DNA from: Mytilus trossulus
Lineage: Eukaryota
NCBI RefSeq assembly: GCF_036588685.1
Contig: NW_026963302.1
Span: 3,906,001-3,970,000 of the forward strand
DNA: 64,000 bases
Reading direction: 5' to 3'
Every line of letters starts with the position of its first letter. Positions within the stretch are counted from its first letter, which is position 1. The notes beneath the pieces were generated by a model that saw only the letters and a program-made list of their open reading frames with translations, searched no databases and was not told the origin of the DNA. Shown piece after piece: positions 52,560-64,000 of the stretch. A program made the position numbers and the translations under genes.

Positions 52560-52860
52560 ATTCTTCAAACGCATGTCCGTCGTCGCCTGTCATCACATTC
52601 AAGCACGCGTGCAAGCAATAATAAACAGTATAGAGATACGGGTACAATACACATTATAGATAATTTGTCCGATCACCTGAAAAATAAAATTGGTTCCAAC
52701 GACAAAAAACGCTACGAAGTATTAGATTCAATTTTCGGTTCTACCGGACTTTTCACAGACCAATTTCAAGATGAGTTTAATAAAAAAAAAAAAAAAAAAA
52801 GCAACAAATACCTCTGCCGGCTATCCAAACTTCAATACGCACTTAAAAAAAATATATATA
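52560..52860 (+). pseudogene. Possible decayed MULE-like transposase fragment
   Basis: DHLKNKIGSNDKKRYEVLDSIFGSTGL resembles the ...L..K.G.....R..I...IFG..GL segment I recall from invertebrate MULE-like proteins. Weak. Confidence 0.25.
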
Positions 52861-54658
52861 TAAATGTGAAATAAATATTTATAATATTATAATATTTTAA
52901 TATATTTTAGTCACTTATTAATATGAACATTCGATATATTGCTCCAGTGACAATTATTTACCAAAAAATTACACTTGAGGAAATACTTCTTCATTCTGAA
53001 AAAAAATATTAATAAAATTTCAACAATTCATTTATTAGTATCCAACTTTACCAAACTTGTCGATTAGACAAAAAAAAACAAGACAGAACCAATTTAATAT
53101 TTCCTATTTTTTATATAACTATAAGCATGATACAGGTAAGTCTTTTATTTGGCAAGAACAACCCTATTTCATGTGTTTAGCGGACAAGCAGTGAAGTTAT
53201 TCTTTTTGCTGTTACTGAATATACGAAGAAAGAAAATAATTCCCGAAATTAATTTGAAACTTTTATACTCAATACTTTTCCCGCAAAATATTCACATCCC
53301 TTGGGACGTTCATTGACATATATATAACAAGCATGTCGAAACAGAAAATTTGGCATACAGTATTTTCAGAACGATGTTTACAATATAAAACATTATACCC
53401 AAAAATTGTGATGACGAATTTCTTCCTTTGTTCGAGAACAATTTTATTTAAATAGAAATCTGTGATTTCATTTTGACCATTACTTCGACGAACCAGAGCA
53501 AGTTAAATATCGACCTGAATTTCATTCAAATTTGTTCTCTTCTTCTTCTTTTAGTATACAATAGTCCATCGACATCCCATGATAACATTCTGTTGTCATA
53601 AGAGGACTAGTCTATTTACAAAACTGTTAACCCAAATTAAACAAAATGCATGTTTCTTTCTTATGTTCAATGTAAAAATGTATATAACTTTAAATTACAA
53701 CTATCTATAGTTCCGCAACTTTCTATCAAAGCGTATAAAAGAATGGTCGATAAATGCGTATATTTTTGTTATTTCAATATTTCTTGTATATTCCAAACTG
53801 TCCTTCACTTTTGACCACGAATACTTACATGTCCCCAAATTTACCATTGGAAAAAATGCATGTGTAAGCAGATTTTTATTTTATCAAATCTCTTTTTGGA
53901 ATTATTTAGATTTTTATAATTAATATTCTTTACACCAGAAATGTTATTTATTAACAGTAATGACTAGTATATCACTATCAGACACGCAAGACAGAGATGT
54001 ATATTTATCAAATGATTATACACCTGAATGATAGTTTCGGTCGTGTACACTGATGGATACGCTCAGAAGTGAAACTATGCATGAACTTGCAAGTCCGACA
54101 GAAAATCGCTTGAATACCTGGCCGTGTCACCTCACAATACATTCGGGAGTAATACCTTTAGCAATGCAGGTGGTCAGACAAGGGAAGGTCTGAATTTATT
54201 CAAATAAGTTTATTACATAAAAGAATTATGGACAAATTAGGTTTTAGAAAACTATTTTCACGGAACGTCAGGGGTGATACTTTTACAAGTTATTTTTTTT
54301 TACTTTACATATAAGTAATATAAGTAAATAAATAATGTTTGAATAATCTCCCGTTAATTTTGCCTGTAGTGTTTTTGTTGATAGCTGTTTGTCATATATT
54401 TGTTTGTTTGTAGCTCCTGTACACTAGTATCATATAAACCAAGTTGTCATCACTGTTGGGTTTCTCGTCTGAATATTTACATTAACTCTGTTAGATGCCT
54501 CTCTCCAAGCCGAGCCTTTTATAGGGTCTCATTATGAAGTTTAAGTTTTTGGTCATTGCTGAAGGGTGTGCAGTGACCTATTATATAGTGGCTAACAAGA
54601 AAATCACTTGGTCTACATGTATTATAGTTATGATAGTCGTCTCATCAAAATTCAAACC

Positions 54659-54814
54659 CAGTGGCGGATCCAGGGGAGGGTTCCAGGGGTTGGAACCCCC
54701 CCCCCCCCCCCCCCATATTTGGGACGATCAATGCATTTGAATTGGGACATTAAGTTGGACCCCCTTTGTCCTGGATTGGGAACCCCCTTTTTAAGATTGC
54801 CGGATCAGCCCCTG
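54659..54814. mobile_element. MITE with hAT-like TIRs
   Basis: Imperfect TIRs CAGTGGCGGATCC...GGATCAGCCCCTG with internal G/C runs. No TSD found. Confidence 0.55.
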
Positions 54815-55510
54815 ATACCATATCTCCTTAGGCAAAAATAAAAATTATGTTTGTTTCCCCTCCCCCCACCCGGGTCAAAAAATTATGTTCCATTAAAAAT
54901 CGAAATTATTTTCGTTCCCAAAAATCTTCAAAATAATCTTTTCTATTTTTGAAAAGTGTTGAAGGCAAAAGGATTTATCATCTCAAATTCAGCACAAACA
55001 ACTCAAAGGATGCGCTGACTGGACAAGTCAATCCATTCATGTAACCATGCTATGACAGCCATTTAAAAAAAATTAACCTCAAACCTTCCTGGTCTGTTTA
55101 CAAGGGTAGACCATGGGGATGGGAAACAGACATTCTTTAAAATGTGGCCTTATTCATAATTTTTTTTATTGAAATTCTGTAATAAGAAGATTTTACTAGT
55201 CTATAAGTATCACATATACTTTACATTATCAATAATCCATTAAAAAAAGTCCAGTCAAAACAACCATGCCAGACAGAGATGACAAATAATGTACACTTTA
55301 CAGTTCTTCCATACCCCAAATATATAGTTAACCGTTTATAGTAACCATGGTAACAGAGAAACAGACTAAACATAAAAAACATGAAAATGGTGTCATTGTC
55401 AGATGAAATCAGATAATCAAAAATGTCAAACATGTTCACCTTACATTCGTTCCATATGCCAAAAATAGTGATCCTATACATGTACAATGTAGCTTATAGC
55501 AATTCAAACA

Positions 55511-55942
55511 TTGATGACCTTCTGCTGTTGTCTGCTCTGTAGTCGGGTTGTTGTCTTGTTGGCACATTCTCCATTTCCAGTCTCTAATTTTATTACAAAG
55601 TATATGAGAAACAAACCTTATCCCACTAACATGTTTAACCCCACCACATTATTTATGTATGTGCCTGTCCAAAGTCAGGAGCCTGTATTTCAGTGGTTGT
55701 TGTTTGTTTATGTGTTACATATTTGTTTTTTCGTTCATTTTTTTACATAAATAAGGCCGTTAGTTTTCTGGTTTGAATTGTTTTACATTGTCTTATCGGG
55801 GCCTTTTATAGCTGACTATGCAGTATGGACTTTGCTAATAGCCGAAGGCCGTACGGTTATCTATAGTTGTTAATGTTTGCGTCATTTTGGTCTTTTGTGT
55901 ATAGTTGTCTCATTGGCAATAGTACCACATCTTTTTTTTTTA
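55511..55942 (+). repeat. Two adjacent Penelope-like 3'-end fragments
   Basis: 55511-55592 matches the 3' tip of the element at 57488-57570 (reverse complement). 55622-55942 shares the acatgtttaacccc...cctgtcc(c/a)aagtcaggagcc motif with 57728-57776. Confidence 0.7.
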
Positions 55943-57083
55943 TATACTAACCATGTTAACATTGTATTAAACTGAAATAACCTTAATCATTTAAATTATC
56001 CATGAAATAAAGTCAAGGTCAGGTCAACCTAACCTGATAGACAAGTAGACCTTGGAAGGTACAGTATAAGAGATCACGTCACTGATTAAATAACAGTATA
56101 TTTTACATGCAGTCACTGAATCATGAAAATGAGGTCAAGTGCAATGGACATGACGATATAATGACAGACTGAAACATCATAACATATTAGCTACTAGTAC
56201 ATGTATCTGAATACAAGACAAGAAACATCCAGCTCTTTTAGCTTTTAAAATGTAAAGCTCTATAAAAATAGCTTACATCATCCCCCTAAGACTGTAATAC
56301 ATATTTCTGGCATACAACCAACTTTCATGACTTTCCTGTAAGGCAAGACAAAATAAAATGATACTTTGAAGAACATGTATTGTTTAATATGTTCGACTAC
56401 TACATGTACATGTACTAGTATAAAATGCCAGTTTTAGAATGAACAGTGATTTAGAAGATTATCAAAATACATGAAGATACATTCAGACTATTATAACTAC
56501 AAATGTATACAGCAAGCTGTCATTTGACTCTAACCAACAACCGTACAAGGGCTGTAAAGCTTGTCTAGGTTGGTGAAACTTCCATCATGATGCATATGAC
56601 ACTAAACAATAGTGACGGACCGTGGCAGACCCTCATGGAAGGTCAAGAAGGTTTAACACACCATGGTGGTACATGTAGCCAACAGTAGCAATGGAAGCAT
56701 AGAAATTCTTATTATATCCATCATTTCACAATTTAAAGCTACAGGTACAAATGAGGTACCGTATTTGAGAAATTTAGTGACACTATATATTTCCTATGTA
56801 TACATGATATATGCCCCTTCATAATCTGGCTGGGAATCATGCTCAAACCAATGTGATATCTTATCTACAAAACAAATATACATTAAGAATTAAGTATTTA
56901 TTACATGTATCTAAAATTAAATAAGTCAATAGCATTAATACTATTTTATATATAACTACATGTATTTGATTTGTCACAATTGTAGTAATAATAATTCAAC
57001 AAATTCTTTTAATAATACTTTTTTATTTTAAAATAGAATTTGTTGAATATTACTTCAAACATGACAATGCAAATAGTATGTAT

Positions 57084-57436
57084 AGATTATAACATGCCCT
57101 TTTCCATATTGGCCCTGGTATCATCCCGAGACTCTCATATTGGCCTCGAGGCTTTAGCCGAGGGCCGATATGGGTCGAGGGATGATACCCGGGCCAATAT
57201 GAAAAAGACATGTTTTAATCTGTGTATCACATATTTCAGTTCTGCAGAAAAGAGAAAAAAAGGTCAATTATAACAATTTAATGAAACATAAAATGTAAAA
57301 TCTTAAACATTTTATCACAAATGTGGCATTAAGGAGGCAATGACGTCACATCATTTGGAATCAGGGAACAATATCAATATACTCTTTTTTTGCCCCGGGC
57401 AATTTTGAGGTTATTGCATATGCAAAAAATGTGATA
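57084..57436. mobile_element. Non-autonomous Crypton-like hairpin element
   Basis: ~138-bp imperfect palindrome at 57084-57221. TATCACAT at 57225 is inverted relative to ATGTGATA at 57429-57436. The layout mirrors the coding Crypton. Confidence 0.55.
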
Positions 57437-58003
57437 AATTATAATTATTGTACATCACCCACCAGTGACTATATAAATAGTAAAATTTAAAATTGAGAAT
57501 GGAAATGGGGAATGTGTCAAACAGACAACAACCCGACCAAATAAAAAACAACAGCAGAAGGTCACCAACAGGTCTTCAATGTAGCGAGAAATTCCCGCAC
57601 CCGGAGGCGTCCTTCAGCTGGCCCCTAAACAAATATATACTAGTTCAGTGATAATGAACGCCATACTAATTTCCAAATTGTACACAATAAACTAATATAA
57701 AAATAATACAAGACTAACAAAGGCCAGAGGCTCCTGACTTGGGACAGGCGCAAAAATGCGGCGGGGTTAAACATGTTTGTGAGATCTCAACCCTCCCACT
57801 ATACCTCTAACCAATGAAGAAAAATAAACGCATAACAATACGCACATTAAAATTCAGTTCAAGAGAAGTCCGAGTCTGATGTCAGAAGATGTAACCAAAG
57901 AAAATAAACAAAATGACAATAATACATAAATAACAACAGACTCCTAGCAGTTAACTGACATGCCAGCTCCAGACTTCAATTAAACTGACTGAAAGATTAT
58001 GAT

Positions 58004-58077
58004 TTCATCATATGAACATCAGGCACAATCCTTCCCGTTAGGGGTTTAGTATCATACCATCATAACATATATGAGAA
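58004..58077 (-). promoter_or_regulatory. Type II eukaryotic SECIS element
   Basis: Sense strand: UCAUAU-auguu-AUGAU-GGUAUGAUACU-AAA-CCC-CUAAC-GGG-A-AGGAUUGUGCC-UGAU-guuc-AUAUGA. Shows helix I, the GA quartet core, an 11-bp helix II (1 mismatch), apical AAA and a mini-helix. Confidence 0.88.
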
Positions 58078-58124
58078 GAACATAACCCGTGTCATGCCAA
58101 CAACTGTTTTTAGAATAAATGTCT

Positions 58125-59789
58125 TTAGTTCCGACGCAAAGACCTTATCAGTGACTCAATATTAACGCCAAAATATGCAATCTTTAATGACTTGACAACA
58201 GTATCGTAATTATATCCCTTCTTAATCAGTCTATTTAAAGGTTTTGTAAGTTTCTGAGGTGAATACTGACACCTTTGTGCTTTATAAAGAATATTTCCAT
58301 AAAAAATTGGATGTGAAATACCTGAACGTATAAAAAGTCTGCATGTTGAGCTATATTTACGAATGATGTCTTTATACCGATGATAAAATTTAGTAAAAGT
58401 TTTGACTAGTTTGTGATATCGAAAACCCTGGTGTAATAATTTTTCAGTAATACATAAATTTCTCTCGTTAAAATCTAAAACATTGTTACAAACACGAGCG
58501 AATCGTACAAGTTGAGATATATAAACACCGTAAGATGGTGACAAGGGAACGTCACCATCTAAAAACGGATAATTAACGATAGGAAATGAAAAATCATCCC
58601 TTTTATCATAAATTTTAGTATTCAGCTTTCCGTTAGTGATATAGATATCAAGATCGAGGAAAGGGCAGTGGTCATTATTAGTATTAGCTTTATTTAAAGT
58701 AAGTTCAGCAGGATAAATTTCATTAATATACATACTGAAGTCGTCATTATTGAGAGCCAAAATATCATCCAAATATCTAAAAGTATTATTAAATTTGTTT
58801 ATCAGATGTTGTTTTGATGGGTCTTTGCTTATTTTTGTCATAAATTGTAACTCATCACAATACAAAAAGAGGTCCGCAATAAGTGGTGCACAGTTAGTCC
58901 CCATTGGAATTCCGATTATCTGACGATATACGGAATCCCCAAAGCGAACAAAAATGTTATCTAGTAAAAATTCAAGGGCATATATAGTATCAAAACATGT
59001 CCAATTAACATAGTTGTTTTGTTTATTGCTACTAAAAAATGACCTAAAAGAGTTTGAACATATATATTCACATTCTGATTTTTTGAATGCCCATTTAATT
59101 AGGTGTGTGAATTTTTTCTTAATGAGAATGTGAGGCAATGTGGTATACAGGGTAGAAAAATCAAAACTTTGAACAGATTCAAAATCACCAATATGAGCAT
59201 GCAATTTATCAAGTACTTCCAACGAGTTCCTGACACTCCAAAAGTAATTTATTCCACTATTTTCGAAGGCCTTATTTGAACAATTTATTATAAGGTTTTT
59301 AATTGTACCAAGTGTGCTGGTAAGAAGAATAGACAATTTAGTAGTTGAACAATGGCTTGAAGACGAAATAAATCTATATTTGTAAGGGGTTTTGTGTAGC
59401 TGTGGAAGCCAATACATAGTTGGGACTTTCATTGTATTTGGCTCTGCTTGTAAAGCGGTGGCTAAAAGGTTATGTTTGTTACAGATTTCGTTTTCTGAAA
59501 ATGGAGTCAGTTGGAATGTTGGTGAATTGGTGATTTCCCTTTTCAGAACCTCAATGTAAAATTTACGTCAAACAATAATAATATTATTAGCAGCTTTATC
59601 GGCCGGGACAAAAACAAATTCCTTGGCTAGTTCTTTTAGTTTATGTTTGATACGAGAAATAGGTTTATTGTGGTTATTGTTAATAGTAAAATGTTCTTTA
59701 AAATGTTGAATACGTATATCAACTATCTTCATTACTGAATTAAAAAAAGAGTCCAAAGATTTTTTGTCAGCTTTTTCCCGTTTTATCCA
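58125..59789 (-). CDS. Penelope-like reverse transcriptase with in-frame UGA (putative selenocysteine) at 59568-59570
   Basis: ORFs 59568-59756 and 58125-59432 are one frame: VPADKAANNIIIV-UGA-RKFYIEVL...MKVPTMYWLP..HK...FDFSTLYT...GIPMG...RYLDD...YDKRDDF. Confidence 0.85.
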
Positions 59790-61176
59790 TCATCATCGCA
59801 ACATGTGAAGATTGGTTGGTTATGGGTTATAAAAATCCAGTGACAAATATTTCATGCAAATTTTAGGACGTGACAGTTATCCATACATTATTAAACATAC
59901 AATACAAAGAATTCCAATTTTTTCTATACTTGATAATCAGCATAAATTTATTTATTTATTAAACTGTGAAGACAATCAGGTCCTTAATGATGTTGGTAAA
60001 TTTAAAAAAGTGAATATTTAGCATTAGGAGTTAGTAATTGTATTGTATCTGTATGTAAAAAAATTGTTTGTATCTATGCAAATCAATATTCTTTTTTTCC
60101 CCTTATACATGTATGCTCTGTGTGCCCCTTGTGGGCCCTCAATTGGAAATAAAATATGTTCTGTTCTATAAATATGGAGGGTAACTCGATCAGGGGGTTA
60201 GGTCTTGTAATAGGCCATCCCGCACAACCAAACCATTGTGAATACCCCACATGTTAGGCAATAAACAGGTGTGGATCCAGCCCTTTATAAAAGGGGGCTT
60301 TAAACCAGAGTTTATATGTACCTAAGTCCTTTTCAAATCATGCATTGATCTTCCAAAAAAAGGAGGGGGTCCATCACAGGAACAATTTTTTAACAAGCCC
60401 AAATTCTTACTTTGCCTTTGAACAAGTTACTGTGCAAGAATGTGGTGTATTAAAAAGTCGATTCATACCTGTATGCACAAATGTAACAAATGTAAACATT
60501 TTCCCTTCAACTGTTCAAACTCTTGCCTGGATCAATGATTATTCTCATGTCGGATAGGCATGTTTTAAAATATAATTCATTTCTACTCAACAATTGTAAT
60601 TTCCAGTTCAGCTTATATTGTACTGCAGTGTCCATCTACCATGTCAACGTCACGATATTGTGTAAAAAAAGTTTGCCATTTGAAGCGCTGACAGACACTT
60701 TGTTATTTGATTTTGCCATGTGATTATGGACTTTCCGTATTGATTTTCCTCTGAGTTCAGTATGTTTGTGATTTTACGTTACACTGCCGGCATGCGACAG
60801 GTATAAAGAGGGTACGGTAACGTTAAATCGTTTAATTATTTTCCGTTTTTAATAAAACTCGTCAGATTTGATTGATTATCGTCGGAAAATTTCCCTAATG
60901 GATAGTACTGTATAGCGGGTTATTTTCTCGGAGTGTTTATTTTCGCTTATTTTGGCGGATAAATGAAAATCGCGAAAATAAATTCCGCGAAATGTTATGC
61001 ATACGTTCGGTACTTTCTCAAAGGTAAAGTGAGAACGATAATGTATTTCCGGTCGTCAGGTCAATAACGGAACATTTTAGTTTAACATTATAAATGCCAA
61101 AGGGCATTGTACATACTTGTATTTTATAAAATGACGTCGTGAGTTCTAATTAAACTGAGTTTCTTTTTCACACATG

Positions 61177-63361
61177 TCTTCTTCTTTCGTTAATCAGCAA
61201 CGGAAAATATACCATCACGCTGATGCTGTGTCATCAAGTGCAGGTGCTGTACAAGTTGTGATTAACCAAATCGGAAAAAAAAAAAAAAATTAACTATATA
61301 CAAGTTTAAAATTGTGGTTGGTGCAGAATAAAAAACAAGGATGATCTTTACAGCATCACTGTGTCTCTGGTCTCAGGATGGAAGTGTGACCAGAGGTTTT
61401 CCTTAAAAGTGTCCGAGTCAGTGTCAGTTGCGATGTTTCCTGGTAGATGATTCCAGTCTCGGATTGTTCTCGGGTAGAAGCTGAATTCGTACTCGGAGGT
61501 GTTGCATTGTGGCTGCATGATGCTGACTGTGTGGCTATGACGAGTTTTCCTATTGTTGACTAGGTAGTAAGTCGGAATTTCTGTGGCTACTTGGTGGTAA
61601 AGTATTTTCTGAAATAGTATCAAACGATTTGCTGTTCTTCTCGTTTCAAGAGTCGGCCAATTCAAAGATCGTATAGTTGAGGTCATAGAGCCGGGTTGGT
61701 AGTTGTAGTTCTTGGTTACAAATCTTGCCGCCCTGTGTTGTACCATTTCTATCCGTTTGATATCCTTCTTCCAATGTGGGTCCCATACTGAGCTACTGTA
61801 TTCCAGATGTGGTCTTACCAGAGCAATGTATGCATGCTGTTTAATTTCTTGAGGGCATCTATATAAATTTCTTCTGACAAAGTTCAGTTGTTGTGAAGCT
61901 TTGTTAATTTTTGAGGTTATGTGATGGTTCCAATTGAGCTTGCTGTCCAGCTCCACCCCTAGGTATGGGTTATGTTCTTTTAGTTCCAGTTTTGTAGAAT
62001 GTAAGAAGTATGGTCTTATAATTCTTTTACGGATGTTATGTGTTGTCTGTAGAACGTAGCATTTCTTTGGATTAAATGACATTTTCCAATCAATAGACCA
62101 TTTTTCTAATTCAGTTAAGTCTTTCTGTAATATTTCTGTATCATTATTGGTTTTGATGTCTCTATATAATAAGCAATCATCTGCAAAGAGTCTTATGCTG
62201 GTACCAGTTGTTAAATTATCCCCAATGTCATTGATGTATAACAGAAATAGAAGCGGACCTAAAACGGTGCCTTGTGGAACTCCGGATCGTACGGCTGCAG
62301 GTTGTGATTTACATCCATCCAGGAGTACTGTCTGTTTTCTATTTTGAAGCCAGTTGTCTATCCAATTTACTGTGTACATGTCAATACCTTTGTTCCTTAG
62401 TTTGTGTACAAGATGGCGATGTGGCACGGTATCGAAGGCCTTACTAAAGTCCAGTATCAGTATATCTGCTTGTCTTTTATTATCTCTTATTCTAGCTAGA
62501 TCTTCTATGGTGTTTATAAGCTGTTGTTCGCACGAGTGGTTTTTCCTGAATCCATACTGGTATGATGACAGAAGTTTGTTGTTATCCAGGTAGTTCATTA
62601 TGCTACTAAATATGATATGCTCCATAATTTTGCACGGGACAGATGTAAGAGAGACAGGACGGTAATTTGCTGGATCTGTTTTATCACCTTTTTTAAAAAT
62701 CGGAATGACATTACCGATGAGCCAGTCTGTTGGTACTGTTCCTAATTTGATGGATTTGTTAAATATTATCTCCAAATATGGTGCTATTTGTTCTGCTGTT
62801 TCTTTCAGGACTCTGCAAGGTATTAGATCGGGTCCTGTTGCTTTATTAGGATTTATATTTTTAAGCTGTTTGATAATTCCAGGTATTGTTATGTTAATTG
62901 GTTTCATGTGTACCATAGGTCTTGGTAATTTTGGTAGCCTAAATTCAACATCTGTATAGAATCGTATGTCTATGTACTGGTTAAAATCAATATCAGAAAA
63001 TGCTGATTCGTACTGCTGATTGAGGATGTTTGCTTTTTCTTCTGCATGTATGATGTCCTTACCATTCTTATTAAGCATGCTGATGTTACTACTATCCTTC
63101 TTCATACCTTTTATGTACGACCAAAATTTCTTGGTTGTAGCATATATTTGTTCTCTGCAACTGTCTGTATGTGCTTTTGTTGGTTCTTCTGGGGTCAGAA
63201 TGTCTTTGACATATTGGTCATGGTTGTTTTGGAGTTTCTCTTTTACTATTTTTCTATAAAATTTAAAATCTTTCCAGTGTTTCTTTTCATTTGAGTTTTT
63301 GGCTTTGTTGTAAAGTCTCTGTTTCTTTCTTATCATTTGTTTAGTTTCTGTTGTTATCCAT
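61177..63361 (-). mobile_element. 5'-truncated CR1-group non-LTR retrotransposon
   Basis: RT ORF, short 3' UTR and a (GAA)n tail at ~61177-61188. Truncated at WITTETKQM, so no endonuclease. Possible CATGT TSD (61173-61177 / 63359-63363). Confidence 0.85.
61348..63336 (-). CDS. LINE ORF2 reverse transcriptase (partial, uninterrupted 662 aa)
   Basis: KATGPD, YRPVSLTS, QYGFR, LDFSKAFD, GVPQGTVLGPLLFLLYIND, LFADD, YLGV, FYPRTIRDWN. Confidence 0.93.
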   Translation of the reverse strand: MIRKKQRLYNKAKNSNEKKHWKDFKFYRKIVKEKLQNNHDQYVKDILTPEEPTKAHTDSCREQIYATTKKFWSYIKGMKKDSSNISMLNKNGKDIIHAEEKANILNQQYESAFSDIDFNQYIDIRFYTDVEFRLPKLPRPMVHMKPINITIPGIIKQLKNINPNKATGPDLIPCRVLKETAEQIAPYLEIIFNKSIKLGTVPTDWLIGNVIPIFKKGDKTDPANYRPVSLTSVPCKIMEHIIFSSIMNYLDNNKLLSSYQYGFRKNHSCEQQLINTIEDLARIRDNKRQADILILDFSKAFDTVPHRHLVHKLRNKGIDMYTVNWIDNWLQNRKQTVLLDGCKSQPAAVRSGVPQGTVLGPLLFLLYINDIGDNLTTGTSIRLFADDCLLYRDIKTNNDTEILQKDLTELEKWSIDWKMSFNPKKCYVLQTTHNIRKRIIRPYFLHSTKLELKEHNPYLGVELDSKLNWNHHITSKINKASQQLNFVRRNLYRCPQEIKQHAYIALVRPHLEYSSSVWDPHWKKDIKRIEMVQHRAARFVTKNYNYQPGSMTSTIRSLNWPTLETRRTANRLILFQKILYHQVATEIPTYYLVNNRKTRHSHTVSIMQPQCNTSEYEFSFYPRTIRDWNHLPGNIATDTDSDTFKENLWSHFHPETRDTVML

Positions 63362-64000
63362 GTAAAAATATCAGTTGTTCATTAAAGTCCGAAGATGAGT
63401 ATCTTAAATTTCTTTAAACCTAAGAAAATAATACCGGCTGAGAATTCTGAACTATACCCTTATTTTATTAAATAGTGTCAAATAATTTTAGTGTGTAAAG
63501 TACTTTGTCAGGTATTTCACCCTTATTAATTAGTGTCAAATTACATAAGAGAAGTAAATTCCTATTGTTAATTGTATAACCTAATTAGTACATCAAAGGT
63601 CCGATCAATTTCATAATTTATCAACCGTAACATTTACAAGAAGTTTTAACACCTGTGACAAATATCGATCTTTGTTACCGGTATTCTAAGGATTAACTGC
63701 ATCAGTAATTAATACATCAGAGGTCATTCAGGTAACAAAAAATAATTAACTTTAACACTTATCTGATTTAATAACAATAAAGAAACTCACTTATAATTAA
63801 AAGCAGTAAAAAATAAAATGCGTAACTTATTTGAACAATGGTATTCTAATGAAATCGTTAAACAGTTGGATGGAAAAGAAATTGTTGATTCCGAAAATGA
63901 ACCTATTGTGCCGGTTGATTTGTCTCTAACAAGAATTAAACCATTATCAGCAAAATGGTTAGTACAGATGTTCCAACACATAAAAAAACAATCCGGATAT

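Larger units (their letters stand above)
57488..59790 (-). mobile_element. 5'-truncated Penelope-like retroelement (Naiad-type)
   Basis: PLE RT with no C-terminal GIY-YIG and a ~640-nt 3' UTR. The reading frame begins abruptly at WIKREK (~59789). Confidence 0.88.
60908..64000 (+). mobile_element. pogo/Tc1-mariner-like DNA transposon, internally deleted, interrupted by a LINE; runs off the right edge
   Basis: TA|CTGTATAGCGGGTTATTTTC terminus with ttttcgc/cgcgaaa subrepeats. MSILNFFKPKK start at ~63396. 63797-64000 reads KAVKNKMRNLFEQWYSNEIVKQL...VDLSLTRIKPLSAKWL, like the C-terminal part of pogo-type DDE_1 transposases. Confidence 0.55.

Noticed and set aside
57488-58124. Hammerhead ribozyme expected in a Penelope-like UTR
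   Set aside because: No CUGAUGA...GAAA core found by eye on the sense strand. An Infernal search would be decisive.
59890-60780. Further LINE 3' tail, MITE and repeat remnants
   Set aside because: Too short and decayed to classify or bound reliably by eye.
41951-63294. Plus-strand ORFs overlapping Ngaro-3 and the LINE (also 17954-18625, and minus-strand 371-670)
   Set aside because: Antisense shadows of real TE coding frames.

Overview
AT-rich eukaryotic DNA made almost entirely of repeats. The repeat types suggest a bivalve mollusc, possibly Mytilus-like (inference). No host gene is supported. Bases ~1.5-48.5 kb are one continuous satellite array of ~540-bp monomers (~53 copies) with trimer and hexamer higher-order structure. 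Three different Ngaro-type tyrosine-recombinase (YR) retrotransposons interrupt it, all on the - strand, each at a duplicated TATTA/ATTATT core with satellite phase preserved. They are a gag-only non-autonomous element with a duplicated 3' repeat module (13083-18762), a decayed element carrying a nested Crypton (29428-35474, partly duplicated at the window start, offset 33953 bp), and a near-intact gag/RT-RNaseH/YR/SGNH-hydrolase element (40301-46640). The downstream ORFs of the near-intact element lack an N-terminal ATG but have phase-1 splice acceptors. These match a phase-1 donor found in all three gag genes. The right-hand 15 kb holds a 5'-truncated Penelope-like (Naiad-type) element with an in-frame UGA at a Cys position plus a canonical SECIS. 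It also holds a non-autonomous Crypton-like hairpin element, LINE fragments, and a CR1-group LINE inside a pogo-like transposon. All coordinates and identities were read by eye.
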